64,000 bases of DNA from Octopus sinensis (Eukaryota). How positions within the stretch are numbered: position 1 is the first letter of the stretch; each line of letters starts with the position of its first letter. Made by a program: the position numbers and the translations under genes. The DNA is taken from assembly GCF_006345805.1 (NCBI RefSeq), contig NC_043015.1:32736001-32800000 (forward strand). The letters are read 5' to 3'. This document shows, in pieces, positions 11,705 through 25,109 of the stretch. The notes under the pieces are model-generated. The model saw nothing but the letters and a program-made list of their open reading frames with translations, searched no databases and had not been told where the DNA came from.

Positions 11705-11937
11705 CAGTGGTCCTGAGCCATTTTTTTGCCTGTAGATCACTTGTTCTTGAACCTCGGTAGCCATTTTATGTATATAAAAAGAAAATCCTACCGTATTTTT
11801 ATAATTAAATATTATTCAGGAATTATATAAAAAGAAGTTAAACAATTTATTGTAGATAAATTTTATCAACAAAATCTTATATAGATCCCTCTTACGCCAC
11901 CCGCAAGGGCCATAAGGATCCCTGTTCAGAACTAGTT
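11705..11937. mobile_element. Degenerate hAT-type MITE
   Basis: Left end CAGTGGTCCTGAGC; right end GTTCAGAACTAGTT matches its complement at 9/14; flanking 8-mers CACTAATA and CTCTACAG match at only 4/8. Confidence 0.4.
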
Positions 11938-13564
11938 CTCTACAGTTATCACCCTTGATATTGTTACTGCGAAGAGACAGAGAAAGGAGAGGAGAAGGGA
12001 GAGAGGGAGAAGGAGAGGGAAAGAGGGGGAGGGAGAGAGAGAAATACAGATGGCCAGAGAGGCGGCTAATTAGATACATACATACATGCATAAATACAAA
12101 CACATATACGTGTGTTTATATGCATGCATGTTTGTGAGCAATTAATTGTGTGTGCGCGTGCATGAGTGCGAGTGTGACAATGTGTATGTTTATGTTATTA
12201 GGTGTGAATGTGTGTGTAAGCGTGTACATACGTGTGTAAGTCTGTACATGTGTGTATGTGTGTGTACATGCGCTTACATGTGTATGTGCGTGTGTATTTG
12301 TATACATGTGTGTATGTGCAAACATGTGTGTGTTTGCATGCGTGTGTATGCGTGTATGTGTGCATATGTGTGTGTGTGTGGATGTGTATACATGCGTGTG
12401 TACATGTGCGTACATTTGTGTGAATGTGTACATGTGTACACGTGTATACGTACATGTGTGAATGAACGTGTGTGTATGTGTGTGGGGGGTGGATGTGTGT
12501 GTGTGTGGGGGGGTGGATGTGTGTGTGTGTGGGGGGGTGGATGTGTGTGTGTGTGTATGCGCATTTCATAAGAGTGGCTTGACTGAATGGCGAAACAAAT
12601 CCAAAACGTCAGCCAGTATGGGCTGGAATAGCAAGAAGGGTGTTTGTGTAAGCTGACAGCCCTTCATCAGGCAGATAATATCGATGACAGGACACCCCAT
12701 GATACGCTGCACTGTCCTGCATAAAGATTGGGGGGAGTGACTGTGGTAGAAGGAACAGCAGGGACAAAGTAACGAAAGAAAGGGACAAGGGAGAACGGTG
12801 TCACTTTGGGTTCGGAGGGGGGGGTCACAGAGAATCAGAATGGTAGGAAGAAACGGTCACGTCTGTACACGTATGCAGGTATTACGATTATACATGTATG
12901 CATACATACGCACATACATTATATATATGTATATATATATATAATATATATATATATATATGTGGTGTGTGTGTGTGTGTATGTATATATATATAATATA
13001 TATATATATATATAAAATAAAATAAGAGAGTGGTCACTATATTGCTCACTCTAGCACCAGTTAATCCAAAAGGTTTCAACCACATATATATATATATATA
13101 TATGCACGTATATATGTATATATAAGTATATATGTTTAAATATATATACACACATATATGTATATATGAGCACATACATATATATGTGTGTGTGTGTGTG
13201 TGTGTAAATATATATACATACATACATGTATATATGAGCACATATGTATATATATATATATATATACAATTGTATATACATGCATATATGAAAACATGCT
13301 CGTGTGTGTGTGCGTGTGAGTGCGTGCGTGTGTGATTATGTTTGTGTGTGTGTGTGTATGTATGTGTGTGTATGGAAAGAAGGAGTGTTTTACAGCAAGA
13401 AAGAAAGGAGAGTTAGATAGTTAGATAGGTAGGTAGGTGGGTGGGTGGGTAGGTAAGCTATCCGATAGATAGATAGACAGAAGTGTTAGCACGCTGCAAG
13501 GTTATAAATGTATGATTAGTTGCTTAAAAGCTATATGTGTGTATGTGATATCTATTATTCCGTC

Positions 13565-13565
13565 A

Positions 13566-13624
<59 letters not shown>
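13565..13624. repeat. (GTA)n microsatellite
   Basis: Direct reading. Confidence 0.97.
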
Positions 13625-14124
13625 TAACTGGTTTTAATTGTCGTAGCCCCAGTGATAATTGGTAAATCTATATAGTATAGGCTATAATAGTCTGGTAAAT
13701 GTGGTTGTAATATTAGTGTTTACTGCATGTAGTGCATGTATGACAGAAATGTTCGTGGCGTTATAGAAAAGCGACCAAAATTGTAAAGAAGATAGTAACA
13801 GTATGACATTCATTGTAGTTTCATAGTGGTGATGGTATGGAGCTAAGTTCAGTGGTTGCAATGGTATTGTTGTTTAATCCCCGACCGAAATTTATCCACT
13901 TGCTCTATGAACAAAAACACTCCAACAGTAACCATCAAATGTTTTGCATTCATTGATTTACATTATCTAATGTGTCTCTTTCCTATCTTTCTTCTGTACT
14001 TAGAATATGATTTTAAAGCGATTTCGCTATAGTTTCTGGTTCATCAAGAGGCCCTATAAAAGATCTTTGACGCTGTAATCCTTTCAGAAGGCTGCAGGTC
14101 TGTTGCCTCTCGACTTCAGCAATA

Positions 14125-14218
14125 AGTGTTGAGATCGATTTGTTCAACCAAAAGTTCTTCCCAGGCGGTGCCCCAGCGTGGCCGCAGTCTAATTACTAAA
14201 ACAAGTAAAAGATAAAAG
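14125..14218 (+). mobile_element. SINE family A 3' tip
   Basis: GGCGGTGCCCCAGCGTGGCCGCAGTCTAATTACTAAAACAAGTAAAAGATAAAAG. Confidence 0.75.
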
Positions 14219-14311
14219 AAATAGAGAAGTGTTATTTTCTCCTTTTTTAACTAGAAAAGAATTTGATCGCAATACCATAAAGATCAGTTACTACGTTCTC
14301 CTGCTCAAACC

Positions 14312-14465
14312 TTGTGGGTTGGCAGTATCATTAGAGCGTCGGCAAAATGTCTTGCGGCTCTTTCTTTTCTGAATTTAAATCCCGCAAAGGTCGACTTTGT
14401 CTTTCATTTCTCCAGGGTCGATAAAATTACCAGCCAGTCACGTACTGTGGGGTCATTAATTCCCC
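14312..14465 (+). mobile_element. Degenerate SINE family B
   Basis: TGGCAGTATCATTAG...AAGGTCGACTTTGTCTTTCAT...GGGTCGATAAA. Confidence 0.7.
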
Positions 14466-15334
14466 CAACAATCACTGCCTTTATGACTAAATTACAGCGA
14501 TAGTAAGAAAATAGCGGGCCGTGGTTCATTTCTCATCAAGGTGATTGCCTGGCACTTTGTTTTCTTTTTGCTCGTGATATTTAGAAATATACACCATTTA
14601 TACATACATCGTTTATATATACTCCGTATCATCTTACTTTGCATTCAAAGTTAATTCCAGTTGTATCTCAATAGCCATAACAAATTTTATGTACTACAAA
14701 TGTATAGCTTTACAGTAAATATTTTTTGCACACGTTTTTTTTTTCTTTTTTTTTTTTTGAACGCACTGCTTACCCCGATGAAAAATAAAATAGAGTGTGG
14801 AGCAGAAAACTACTCATTTTTTTTATCAAATGAATTCCTTTGAAAAAATGTATGTAATTGCAATTTTTATAGTAAATCTGCAGATGTTTTTTTTCCAACA
14901 TCCGACACTTTAGCACGTAAGTATATATACACACACACACTCACGCACACACACACACACACACGAAAGCACACACGCAAGCACACGCACACAAAATCAA
15001 ATGAATACAGGAGTATATACAAGCGCACAGAAACCTACTCATTTTACTATGTCTGCATAGATATACAACGTATGTATGTGTGTGTTAGGTATGCGAGAGT
15101 ACATATATATATATATATATGTGTGTGTACTCTCGCATACCTATATATATATATATACACACACACAAACACACATATATATATGTGTGTAAGTAGATAT
15201 ATATGCACACACGTACACACATACACACACACATTCATACAATTCAACAGAATAAAACATGTAAATAAGACAAAGCAAACAGTCGCAGTTAGACAAACAT
15301 TTTACAAGTATCTTTCATGCTTCTATTCACGCGC

Positions 15335-15401
<67 letters not shown>

Positions 15402-16687
15402 CGTGTGTGTGTTTGCGTGCGTGTATGTGTATATAAACACACACACATATACATATGCATCTATGTATATACTAGCATACCCGTGTCGTCAAACTACAGC
15501 TATAGTTTTACTAATATTAGAATTGATACCTCAATTCAAAACGATGGGAGATTAATTTCTTCACTAAATTTTCCCCAAATACTTTGCACTATTTATGTAA
15601 AAGAAATAAATCACAATAATTTGTAAATTTAAGGGTTTCTTTTTTTTTACGTCAATGTACCTTTTCGCAATAATATTTTTATGAAAATATGTATGTGTGT
15701 GTCTTTTCTAGTTTTACGTGGTCGCATCTTCTGTTTGAAGTGAAGCAGGAGTGCCGTTACCATTTTACAGTAAGCAAGGCGCATGAAATCGATGACCATT
15801 TTGCCATTGGAATTTGTATTTTGATCGCTATATTAAACGTAATTCGTCAATATCACGACATCCTGAAGATGAAAGTATAACAGTCTACAGTCGTTACTGA
15901 CGGTTTTCGGAGCAGTTTACTGCACCAAACAACTGCGAGTAAGCCATATATAGATATATGTTGCAGTATAAAATTATGTACCTAACTCATAGCATGTAAA
16001 ATATTGAACTATTGAACTAGACTGATCTACAATTAAATGTGCTCCAGCCAAACTCATTACGTTATTACATGGTTATATAACTACAATATACTATCACAAG
16101 GAGTTATAGCAACTGTTACTTCTAGCAGTTCGAACGGCTGCCAAGTGTCTCTATTGCTGATTCTCTTCCTGAAAGGTAACAGTAGAGTTTGTTGCTGTTA
16201 CCGCTAGAGCTGCTGAAGATTTGTTATTGTTGCTGTTGTTGTTGTTGCTCACACAAATGTATTCCACGTGCAATTAATTGATTAAAATCTCATTAATTCT
16301 GATCTTTGACAAATTGAACAATCGCTCTGCGTGTTTTGCAGTTTCGTGGACGTCCATATATATATATGTATGTGTGCGTGTATTTACGTATAAAATCATA
16401 GTTTTATGTAAGTGAATGTTATATTCTCTCCATGTGTGCGTGTATAAGACGCCACTGTGAAAACTCGTCGAAGGAAATATACCCGCTATTGTGAGGCAGA
16501 CCCAACATGTCACCCTGTTTAACACCGACCCTTGACCTCTGAGAGACTTTTGTAGGATCCATTCAGATCACTTCCTCTTGCTAAACTTCCTGCTAGTGTT
16601 GGATACTCTACACAAGTTCATGGGCGCTGACCTACCTCCTCTCATTAAATCACTAAGAAAAAAAAGTCTGCATATGCTTTGTATGTC

Positions 16688-16688
<1 letters not shown>

Positions 16689-16782
<94 letters not shown>
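16689..16782. repeat. Pure (TG)n microsatellite, about 47 units
   Basis: Direct reading. Confidence 0.98.
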
Positions 16783-16783
<1 letters not shown>

Positions 16784-16905
16784 TTGTATGTGTGTGAGTG
16801 TGTGTACGCATCTGTGTTTGAGTACGGGTTACTGCATATAGCTTTGTAGCTCATATATTCTGGTAGTTTTGTATATGGTGCTGTCAATAAGTCCGTAAAT
16901 ATCTG

Positions 16906-16945
<40 letters not shown>

Positions 16946-17145
16946 TGCTAAAGTGAAAGCGCTTTGGGTATGTGAGAAACTTGATTCCCTGCGTGCGTAA
17001 TTTGACATGTATGGGAGGTTGACAGATATTTTGGGTTGACAGTTTGGTTTTTGGTCATTTTGTGTGTCTGTATGCGTGTGTTTGTATGTGAATGCGCAAA
17101 TGAGTGTATTTTGTGTGTGTGTACATGTCTGTATATGTGAGAGTT

Positions 17146-17466
17146 GAAGCCACGTGGCTTTGTGGTTAGGTTATTTGGCTCATGATCGTAAGGTCATAAG
17201 TTCGATGCCGGCGAGGCGTTGTGTCGTTGAGCAAGACACTTTATGTCCCGTTGTTCCGGTCCACTCAGTTGGTAACGAGGAATAGTACCTGTATTTCAAA
17301 GGGCCAGCTTTGTCACATTCTGTGTCACACTGAATCTCCCTGAGAACTACTTTAAGGGTACACATGTCTGTGGAGTGCTCAGCCACTTGCACGTTAATTT
17401 CACGATGAAGCTGTTTTGTTGATCGGATCATCTGGAACCCCCTTCGTCGTAACCGACGGATTGCCA
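17146..17466 (+). mobile_element. Full-length tRNA-derived SINE, family E
   Basis: Box A-like TGGCTTTGTGG, box B-like GTTCGATGCC, then TTGAGCAAGACACTTTAT..GTT..TCC.GT.CACTCAG shared with family D at 61524-61794. Confidence 0.85.
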
Positions 17467-18697
17467 GTTTTTGTATGTGAGAGAGGCAGATGAACAGACA
17501 GATATGTATGCATCAGTGTCGTATGTATGGATAAATATTTTTGTAAAATGCGCAAGTGAGAAAGTGTTATTATTCATAATGTTGCTGTTTAGCCTCTGGT
17601 TAGCACTGATCCAAAAGATTTCCAACTACGACCATCCTGCCTTTTCCCATTATATTCAGGTCTTTATTATTCCATCGTGTTATACTATATAAGATTTGAC
17701 AGCTTTACACACGTAAACACGAGCGCGTACACACACAAACACACCACACACATACACTCGCACACAAACACACCACACACATACACTCACAAACAAATAC
17801 ACTCACACACAAACACACTACACACATACACTCACACACACATACATCACACACATACACACCACACACATACACGCACACACAAATTCACTCACACACA
17901 AATACACTCACACACAAATACATCACACACATACCCTCACACACATTAACAATATTGCATTTTATTGAAAGCGACTTCGAAGTTTCGACGTATGTGGCTT
18001 ACTGACACTGCCAAATATTGGGACTCACAACAGGTGTTGATACCTGTGGTTTACAACCAGGTGCGATCTACAAATCCCGGAAAAACCATGCTTCCAGTTT
18101 TTGTACATATTGTGTACCCTAATAAGGATATCACTGTGGTCCCTCAACGGGGTAGAAATAGACGAGATGGTCTCGATTAATCAACAATGATATGAAGCTT
18201 GTAAACATATATTCGTATAGAACCAATGTTGGTGTCTCTTTGCATCCACGAATCTTGCCAGAAATCATAGCAAAATTTCTTCAGATTACATCCTTTATGT
18301 TTAGAAATGAATGACCACAAATTGGGTATTGTAGTTTACAGATATACTTTTAACTACGGGGTGATCACGACTGGAACGCTTTTAATCATAGGTTAAGCAG
18401 GGTTACGTTACGTTTGTGGCTAAATAACAACAACAGAAATAATGTTGGTTTCAAATTTTGTGGGGCAGAAAAAAATCGCCAAACTGTAGAACAATGAGGA
18501 AAAGAAAGAAATGAAAAAGGAAGGAAGAAAAAAAAGAAAGAAAGTAAAAGAGGACAAGAAAAAAGAAGAAAAGAAAGAAGAAAAAGAAAAAAGAAAGAGA
18601 GAAAGAAGGAAAGGAGAAACAAGCAGAGGAGTAATAATAGAACATCACCGTTATTTCAGACCTAAAGGTCTACTCTGATTTATGGCTGTGTACTCTG

Positions 18698-18733
<36 letters not shown>

Positions 18734-19559
18734 ACAGAGGCACACACACACACAGAGGCACACACACACACACAGGCACACACAGAGAGGCACACATACA
18801 GAGGCACACACACACACATACACACACACACACACACATACATACACACAGAGGTACACACACACGCACACATGCAGAAGCACGCATACACATTCACACA
18901 CACATACACACACACACATACATACATACAGAAGCATACATACACATACACATGCACATATAAATACACATTCCACAAACTCGTAAACACACACATACAT
19001 ATATATATACATACATATATAAACGCATACATACATAACTACATACGTACGTACATGCATACATGTACACACATGTACACATATACATACATTACACGCA
19101 TACATCAAACATATACACAAACACATTTACCTGCACACGCAGGTAAATGTGAGAGAAAGGAGGAGGAGAAGAGTGAGAGAGAGAGAGAGACATGTATAAG
19201 TGTATGCTTCTTTGCGTATATGAGTATTCATGTGTTTGTGAGTATATGTCTGTATCTGTATATGTGTATGCGTCCATACAAACGCATATCTGTGTGCGTG
19301 CAAAATTTCACAAAAAATGAAAGGGTCTAAACCTCAATGAAATCCTGTCGTTGCATGTGGAAATAAGCATTCACTCAGAATATTGTACCCTTATACACAC
19401 ACTTACACACACACACACACACACATACACATATATATACATTTGCACGTGGTCTGTCATACAACTGCCGCCTTGTGCTTATATATATAGATATAGAAGC
19501 TCAATGTATACATGTGCACGCATCTACACACATATATACATGTAGATGGTTTGGATATA

Positions 19560-19571
19560 TATTATATTATA

Positions 19572-19636
<65 letters not shown>

Positions 19637-19860
19637 ACACACACACACATATATATATGTATATATATGTATATATATATATATATAATACATATACTAT
19701 ATATATATTACATAATATATATATAATCTATACATACATAATATATATATATGTATATATATATATATGTAATATATATACATGTATATATATATACTAT
19801 AATATATAATAGTATATATATATATATATATGTAATAATATACATGTATATAAGTATATA

Positions 19861-19896
<36 letters not shown>

Positions 19897-19900
19897 ATAT
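19560..19900. repeat. Long degenerate (TA)n tract
   Basis: Direct reading. Confidence 0.95.
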
Positions 19901-19986
19901 AAATTTGTGTATATATACATACACACGCGCGCTCACATATATATATATATACACACACACATATGTCGATTCAGTTATGCACACAT

Positions 19987-20030
<44 letters not shown>

Positions 20031-20684
20031 CATACACATTTATACACTCGCAGAAAGAGGGAGACGGAGGAGAGAGTGAAAGAGAAAGAGAAAGAAACGA
20101 AACGTGAGAAGTGAGAGAAGAATGATAAGAACGAAAGAGAAAGTAATTGATTTAAAAATAAAAGGAAAATTCCGCCCCACCAAAGAAAAAACAAACAAAC
20201 AAACAAAAAAAGAACGCCCAAATAAACCAAATCCGAAGTGTCACAGGTCCCTTCCTTAAAGTTAAAGTTCATTTACCACCCTGGCTCCTTCAGTGTACCT
20301 TTACGTGTACTATATACACCTGATCCTTAATTCTTCTAGACGTGTGACGTTCATTTATTTTAAGGTCAACCACGACAGATTTCGAACAGGTTTTAGTTAC
20401 TCTTTTACACCATTGACGTGTGAGGGAGTTCAATACTGCATTACGCCTGGTAGTAGTAGTAGTAGTAGTAGTTGTTGTTGTTGTTGTTGTTGTTGATGAT
20501 GATGATTATGTGGTGCTGCTGTTGGTGGTGGTGTTTTTGTTCTTTTGAATAACCGTGGTCCCATTTGGAGAAATCATTATTGTTCATTATGGCTGCTGTA
20601 GAATCTTGAAGATCCAGTAAATGGTTACACCAATTATGGGAGTGACTTGCCCTAAGCCTCGATATAACTGAATGACTAACTGTT

Positions 20685-20870
20685 GTTTTGTTTAGCCCCA
20701 GGTCATCCATGATCAAATAGGCCCATGTTCCAAAGCATTCGAGTCATAATACATATCACGCCTTTTATATTTTTCTTTTCGAGCTTAATTTAAACGGCTC
20801 ATATTATATAATGTGTCCTTTTCAAAAGGCTGTCGTATTTTTAAAGGAAACCTAGCTGCTAATTTTAGGG
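20685..20870 (-). mobile_element. Old interspersed repeat (family G) with (AAC)n-type tail
   Basis: GTTGTTTTGTTTAGCCCCAGGTCA is the reverse complement of TGACCTGGAGCTAAACAACAA at about 53430; related pieces at 13870-14050 and 52780-55460. Confidence 0.6.
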
Positions 20871-21220
20871 GATCGACTGACCACATAAAAGCTTTCAAAC
20901 TCATTCATTGATCTTAATGGACCGGTGGATGGGGTTGGAATATGTGCTTGATCCACTAGAAGTTTGAACTCAAGATATTGAGATATCAAACTAGAATCAT
21001 CGCCATTCAGCACTCTCCCTATGTCATTCAGTCTCGACTAAACTGCATCTCTCATTTCCCTTGTCTAACAGAACAACGCAACACATTAACAACCAGCACA
21101 TTAACAACAACAATGATGTACCAGTCAGGTACTGGGGTTGGTGTATTCGACTTACCCCAACCCCTCAAAATTGCTGCTCTTGTGTCAAATTTGAAAAGAA
21201 TTATTAATATTATTATTATT

Positions 21221-21302
21221 GATTGAGAGCAGGGCATGACATCAAAGTGACACTGGGGTAAAATATACGAAGCCCAGTATACTCATCATGACTACCCGTC
21301 TC
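21221..21302 (-). mobile_element. Second copy of the (AAT)-associated retroelement tail
   Basis: Reverse complement of the 9496 element, with (ATT)4 immediately to its left. Confidence 0.7.
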
Positions 21303-21315
21303 ATGGGGGAGTAAG

Positions 21316-21425
21316 CATCCTTTCGGGGTCGATAAATTAAGTACCAGTAAAACACTGGGATCGATGTAATTGATTATCCCCCTCTCCCAAATTTCAGACC
21401 TTATGCCTATAGTAGAAAATATTAC
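21316..21425 (+). mobile_element. SINE family B 3' part (short-tail subtype)
   Basis: CATCCTTTCGGGGTCGATAAATTAAGTACCAGT...AAATTTCAGACCTTATGCCTATAGTAGAAA. Confidence 0.8.
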
Positions 21426-21433
21426 TATCATCG

Positions 21434-21468
<35 letters not shown>

Positions 21469-22077
21469 GTCATCATCATCATCATTATTATTAATTATTA
21501 TTATTATTATTATTAATTATTAAGGCGTGTTGATATACTTCGCTCCTATTCGAAAAATGAAGGGCGGTGTTTTGTTTAAGTAAGGTGCAATTCTCTTACA
21601 GCAAAAATTTCAACATATCGTCGATTTCAAGCGTTTAAAATCATGAGGATACCAAAACAGACGCCCACGAAACTGTATGAAATGGAGGAAGGGAAAATGA
21701 TTTTTCTGACTACGGCACTGAATAACGGCAATTACTCTAACCTCAAACATCACCACATTGACTACTATCGGTAGCAGTGACATAAAAAAAAAACAGACGA
21801 ATTTGAGAACAACGACAGCAACTCTAACAACAACCATAATTACAATTATAACAAACTGTAACAATTATAACAAAAACAAGCAACAATAGTAACAATAATA
21901 CACCAGCCATAGTAGAAGCAGCGGGAAGAATGACATCTCAACAATAAGTAACAACCACAATATCAGTAACGGTGAAAGAAATAACATTAGTAAAGCGCAA
22001 ACCGTAAGCAACAACAACGAAGTGCTTCCTTCGCGGGAGTAGTCTCCATAAAGGAATTTTATAGTATAGGCCTAAAA

Positions 22078-22278
22078 CAGTGCTTTTCAAACTTTTTACT
22101 GGAGCGGAACCCCAAGGAAACATTCCACTGGCTCGAGGAACCCCTGTGCAATAATTTAATAGTCTTATGCACACATATCTGCACAGGAGAATTAAAAATT
22201 ACTGCCGATTTTAGCAGTTTTGTAACTTCTTGTGGAACCCCTGGACTGTACTGGCGGAACCCTGGATGAAAACCAATG
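22078..22278. mobile_element. hAT (Charlie/MER5-like) MITE, 201 bp
   Basis: Ends CAGTGCTTTTCAAAC...GATGAAAACCAATG; 8-bp target duplication GCCTAAAA/GCCTATAA (7/8); internal GGAACCCC repeats. Confidence 0.8.
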
Positions 22279-22445
22279 GCCTATAAGATAAAAGAACCAG
22301 CATCCCGCACAATGACCTCTGGTTACTAGCTGTACATGTGATTTTTTTTCAGTTTTTTTTTCTTTTACCTCCCTTCCTCATCATTAAATAATATATGGTC
22401 GGATTACTCTGACTCGGATAGTGTACCATCTGCAGCTTTTTCCTG

Positions 22446-23160
22446 GTGGTTAGTACGTATGTTCACCGTTTGTTAGATTCACTTTCCACAGCTCATCCCA
22501 GATCTGCAGTCCTGGGTCAAGCGTCGACCGAGCCAGGTGTCTCACACCTAGACAATCGTTGGGCGCTCACAGCCCTCGGCCAAACGAGCAGTGCAGGTGA
22601 TGGAAACTTCTCCATGGCGTTCTATAAATTAATAGCAGTCAAGAGCGACGAAGACTTCCGGAAACTGGGCGTCGACGAGGATCAACTAGTTGGTCTGTTC
22701 CAGAGGACTTTCGATACAGGACCCGTGGAGGATTTCCAGAAACTCCTGCCCTGGTAGTGCTACCTGGTGGGTGGCATAATCGATTCAGGATAAACTCTAC
22801 TGGCGAGGTAGAACCGTTACCCAGCCCTATCTGAGACATGTGCAGTGCGACGAAATTATTCTGGATACCCTCCTACAGTGTCAGAAGTTACTGAATTATG
22901 GAGTTATGTCGCGTCACTACGATCGGGTTTGGCGACCGGCAGATGTCGTTGTAAAGATCACCACGCTTCCTTTCTGAGGTTAGGAAAGGTGGAAAGATCT
23001 CTGCTATGGCAAAAGAATTATGCAGTAGAGGATACTGAAAGAACTGTAAACAGGTACTTTCCTCTTCAACCAAGCCCTCATCGACTTTTTAAAGTTTCAT
23101 TTGGAAAGGGAGGTAGAGTTGAGAGGGAGATGCTCCCCTGTCTTTGGTAAATTTGTTGAA
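22446..23160 (+). pseudogene. GC/CpG-elevated decayed coding-like segment, probably transposon-derived
   Basis: Non-repetitive, with successive open stretches in shifting frames (MAFYKLIAVKSDEDFRKLGVDEDQLVGLFQ; QPYLRHVQCDEIILDTLLQCQKLLNYGVMSRHYDR) broken by stops. No family recognised with certainty. Confidence 0.35.
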
Positions 23161-23321
23161 AGGTGGTAAATGAGGTGGTGAATGGAATGAGTAGCCTATT
23201 CTAAGCTGGCAACTATAGGATGGAGAGAACTGATGGAAAAGGAGCACCTCCAGGCAGTGCTTTTGGTGGTTACTGTGATGATATAATAATAATAATAATA
23301 CTAATAATAGTAATAATAATA

Positions 23322-23360
<39 letters not shown>

Positions 23361-23399
23361 TAATAATAACAATAGTAATAATAATGATAATAATAATCC

Positions 23400-23522
23400 T
23401 TTCTATTATAGGCACAAGGCATGAAATTTGGCGGCTCAGTCGATTACATCGGCTCCAGTATTTCACTGGTACTCAATATTTATCGACCCCGAAAGGATGA
23501 AAGGCAAAATCGACCTCGGTGA
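23400..23522 (-). mobile_element. SINE family B 3' part
   Basis: ATCGACCCCGAAAGGATGAAAGGCAAAATCGACCTCGG and tail TTTCTATTATAGGCACAAGG. Confidence 0.8.
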
Positions 23523-23684
23523 AAATATAATAACAACAACAACAACAACAACAACAACAATAATAATAATTTTGACACAAGGCTAGCCTTTCATCTTTTC
23601 GAGGTCGATAAAATATGTACCAGTTGAATACTGGGGTTGGTGTAAAATTGCAGGCTTTGTACCTCTAATAGAAAGGATATTTAT

Positions 23685-23905
23685 AAGGCAGTGACTTGGC
23701 AGAATCGTTAGTGAGCCGGACAAAGTGCTTAACGGCATTTCGTCCGTCTTTACATTCTGAGTTCAAATTCCGCCGAGATCGACTTTGCCTCTCATCCTTT
23801 CGGAGTTGATAGATTAAGTACCAGTTGCCTACTGTGGTCAGTGTAGTCGACTATCTCCCTCCCTCAAATTTCAGACCTTGTGCCTAGATTAGAAAGGATT
23901 ATTCT
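23685..23905 (+). mobile_element. Full-length SINE family B (short-tail subtype)
   Basis: TGGCAGAATCGTTAG head, GAGTTCAAATTCC box B-like motif, tail CAAATTTCAGACCTTGTGCCTAGATTAGAAAGGATTATT. Confidence 0.88.
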
Positions 23906-24433
23906 TATCCTTAATCCGAAAGTCTTATTACTGTTCTTCTTATTCTCGTATTCCATTTTGTCTTCCCGACCAAATTCTTTCTTTTATGGAGAAGCATTTG
24001 CCAAGAAGAGGAAGCAGAGCAATGAATTTACATGTGACTTCTTCGATTGCACCTTTTAATTCCATTCTTGAAGTTTTGGCGATATGTAAGATCTCTGGTA
24101 GAGCTAGAGCGGTTAAAAGCCATTAAAAATGAAAGAGAAAAACAGAAGAAGAGAAAGAAAGGAAGAAAGAAAAAAGGCAAGAAAGAAAGCGGATAATAAA
24201 AGGTAAACGACCTAAATCGGAATAATAGTGAGACAATAAACGTTTTAACGAGAAAGCATAAAATTTTCAGTTAAATAAATGAAGAAAAATAGTAACGCGT
24301 TCGAAATAAATAAATAAATAAAAAGAATGGAGAGAAACAAGGAGAGGAAGGAGTGCTTCTCTCCGTTTTATGAAGTCGTTTTCTTCAACAGTTGTAATTA
24401 ATTCGAAGTTAATGGTTAAGGTGTTGCGCTGTC

Positions 24434-24464
<31 letters not shown>

Positions 24465-24642
24465 AGTTTATTGTTGTTGTTTTTTTGCTTTAGAAACAAT
24501 TTAGACCTTCCGTTTTATTTATTTATTTATTTATTTATTTGTTTTGTTTTGTTTTTTTGGCGTTTGGTTATTGTTTTGTCACCTGCTCTCACCACCACTA
24601 CCGACATCATTGTAACAAGAAGAAAAAGAACAACATCTACAT

Positions 24643-24682
<40 letters not shown>

Positions 24683-24814
24683 CAGCAGTAGTGGTGGTGA
24701 TGGTGGTGGTGGTGGTGGTGGCGGTAGTGGTAGTAGTAGTAGTAGTAGTAGTAGTAATAGTAGAATTACGGCAAACAATAGTAACAATATAAACAATTAT
24801 ATATAGAACAATAA

Positions 24815-25022
24815 AGGTAGTTGGCAAGCTGGCAGAATCGTTAGAGCGCCGGATAAAATGTTTGGCAGCATTTCGTACATCTTTACGCTCTGAGTTCGAA
24901 TTTCAGTGAAGCCGACTTTCTTCCTACGGAATCGATAAAAACGGGTACCAGTTGAGTACTGGGGTTGATGCAATTGACGCACCCCCTTCCCCTCGAAATT
25001 TCTAGCTTAGTACCAAAACATT
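24815..25022 (+). mobile_element. SINE family B, diverged
   Basis: GCTGGCAGAATCGTTAGAGCGCCGG...TGAGTTCGAATTTC...GTACCAGTTGAGTACTGGGG. Confidence 0.8.
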
Positions 25023-25109
25023 TCAAAAATCAATATATAGAATAAATACTACGAAAGTTATTACGTGTTTCTTTATTTTTATTTTGTTTTGAAGGATTTT
25101 CCTTGAGTT

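Noticed and set aside
12471-12555. (GT)n-G5-7-TGGAT minisatellite, three units, with G-quadruplex potential
   Set aside because: Only three G-runs with long loops, embedded in a simple-repeat field; no functional context.
12600-12675. Minus-strand CTGATGAAGGG...CCCTTC as a hammerhead
   Set aside because: No GAAA follows the putative stem II on the same strand.
21602-21775. Acceptor TTCTCTTACAG followed by a ~56-codon open frame (KISTYRRFQAFKIMRIPK...)
   Set aside because: No homology recognised; an open frame of this length is expected by chance.
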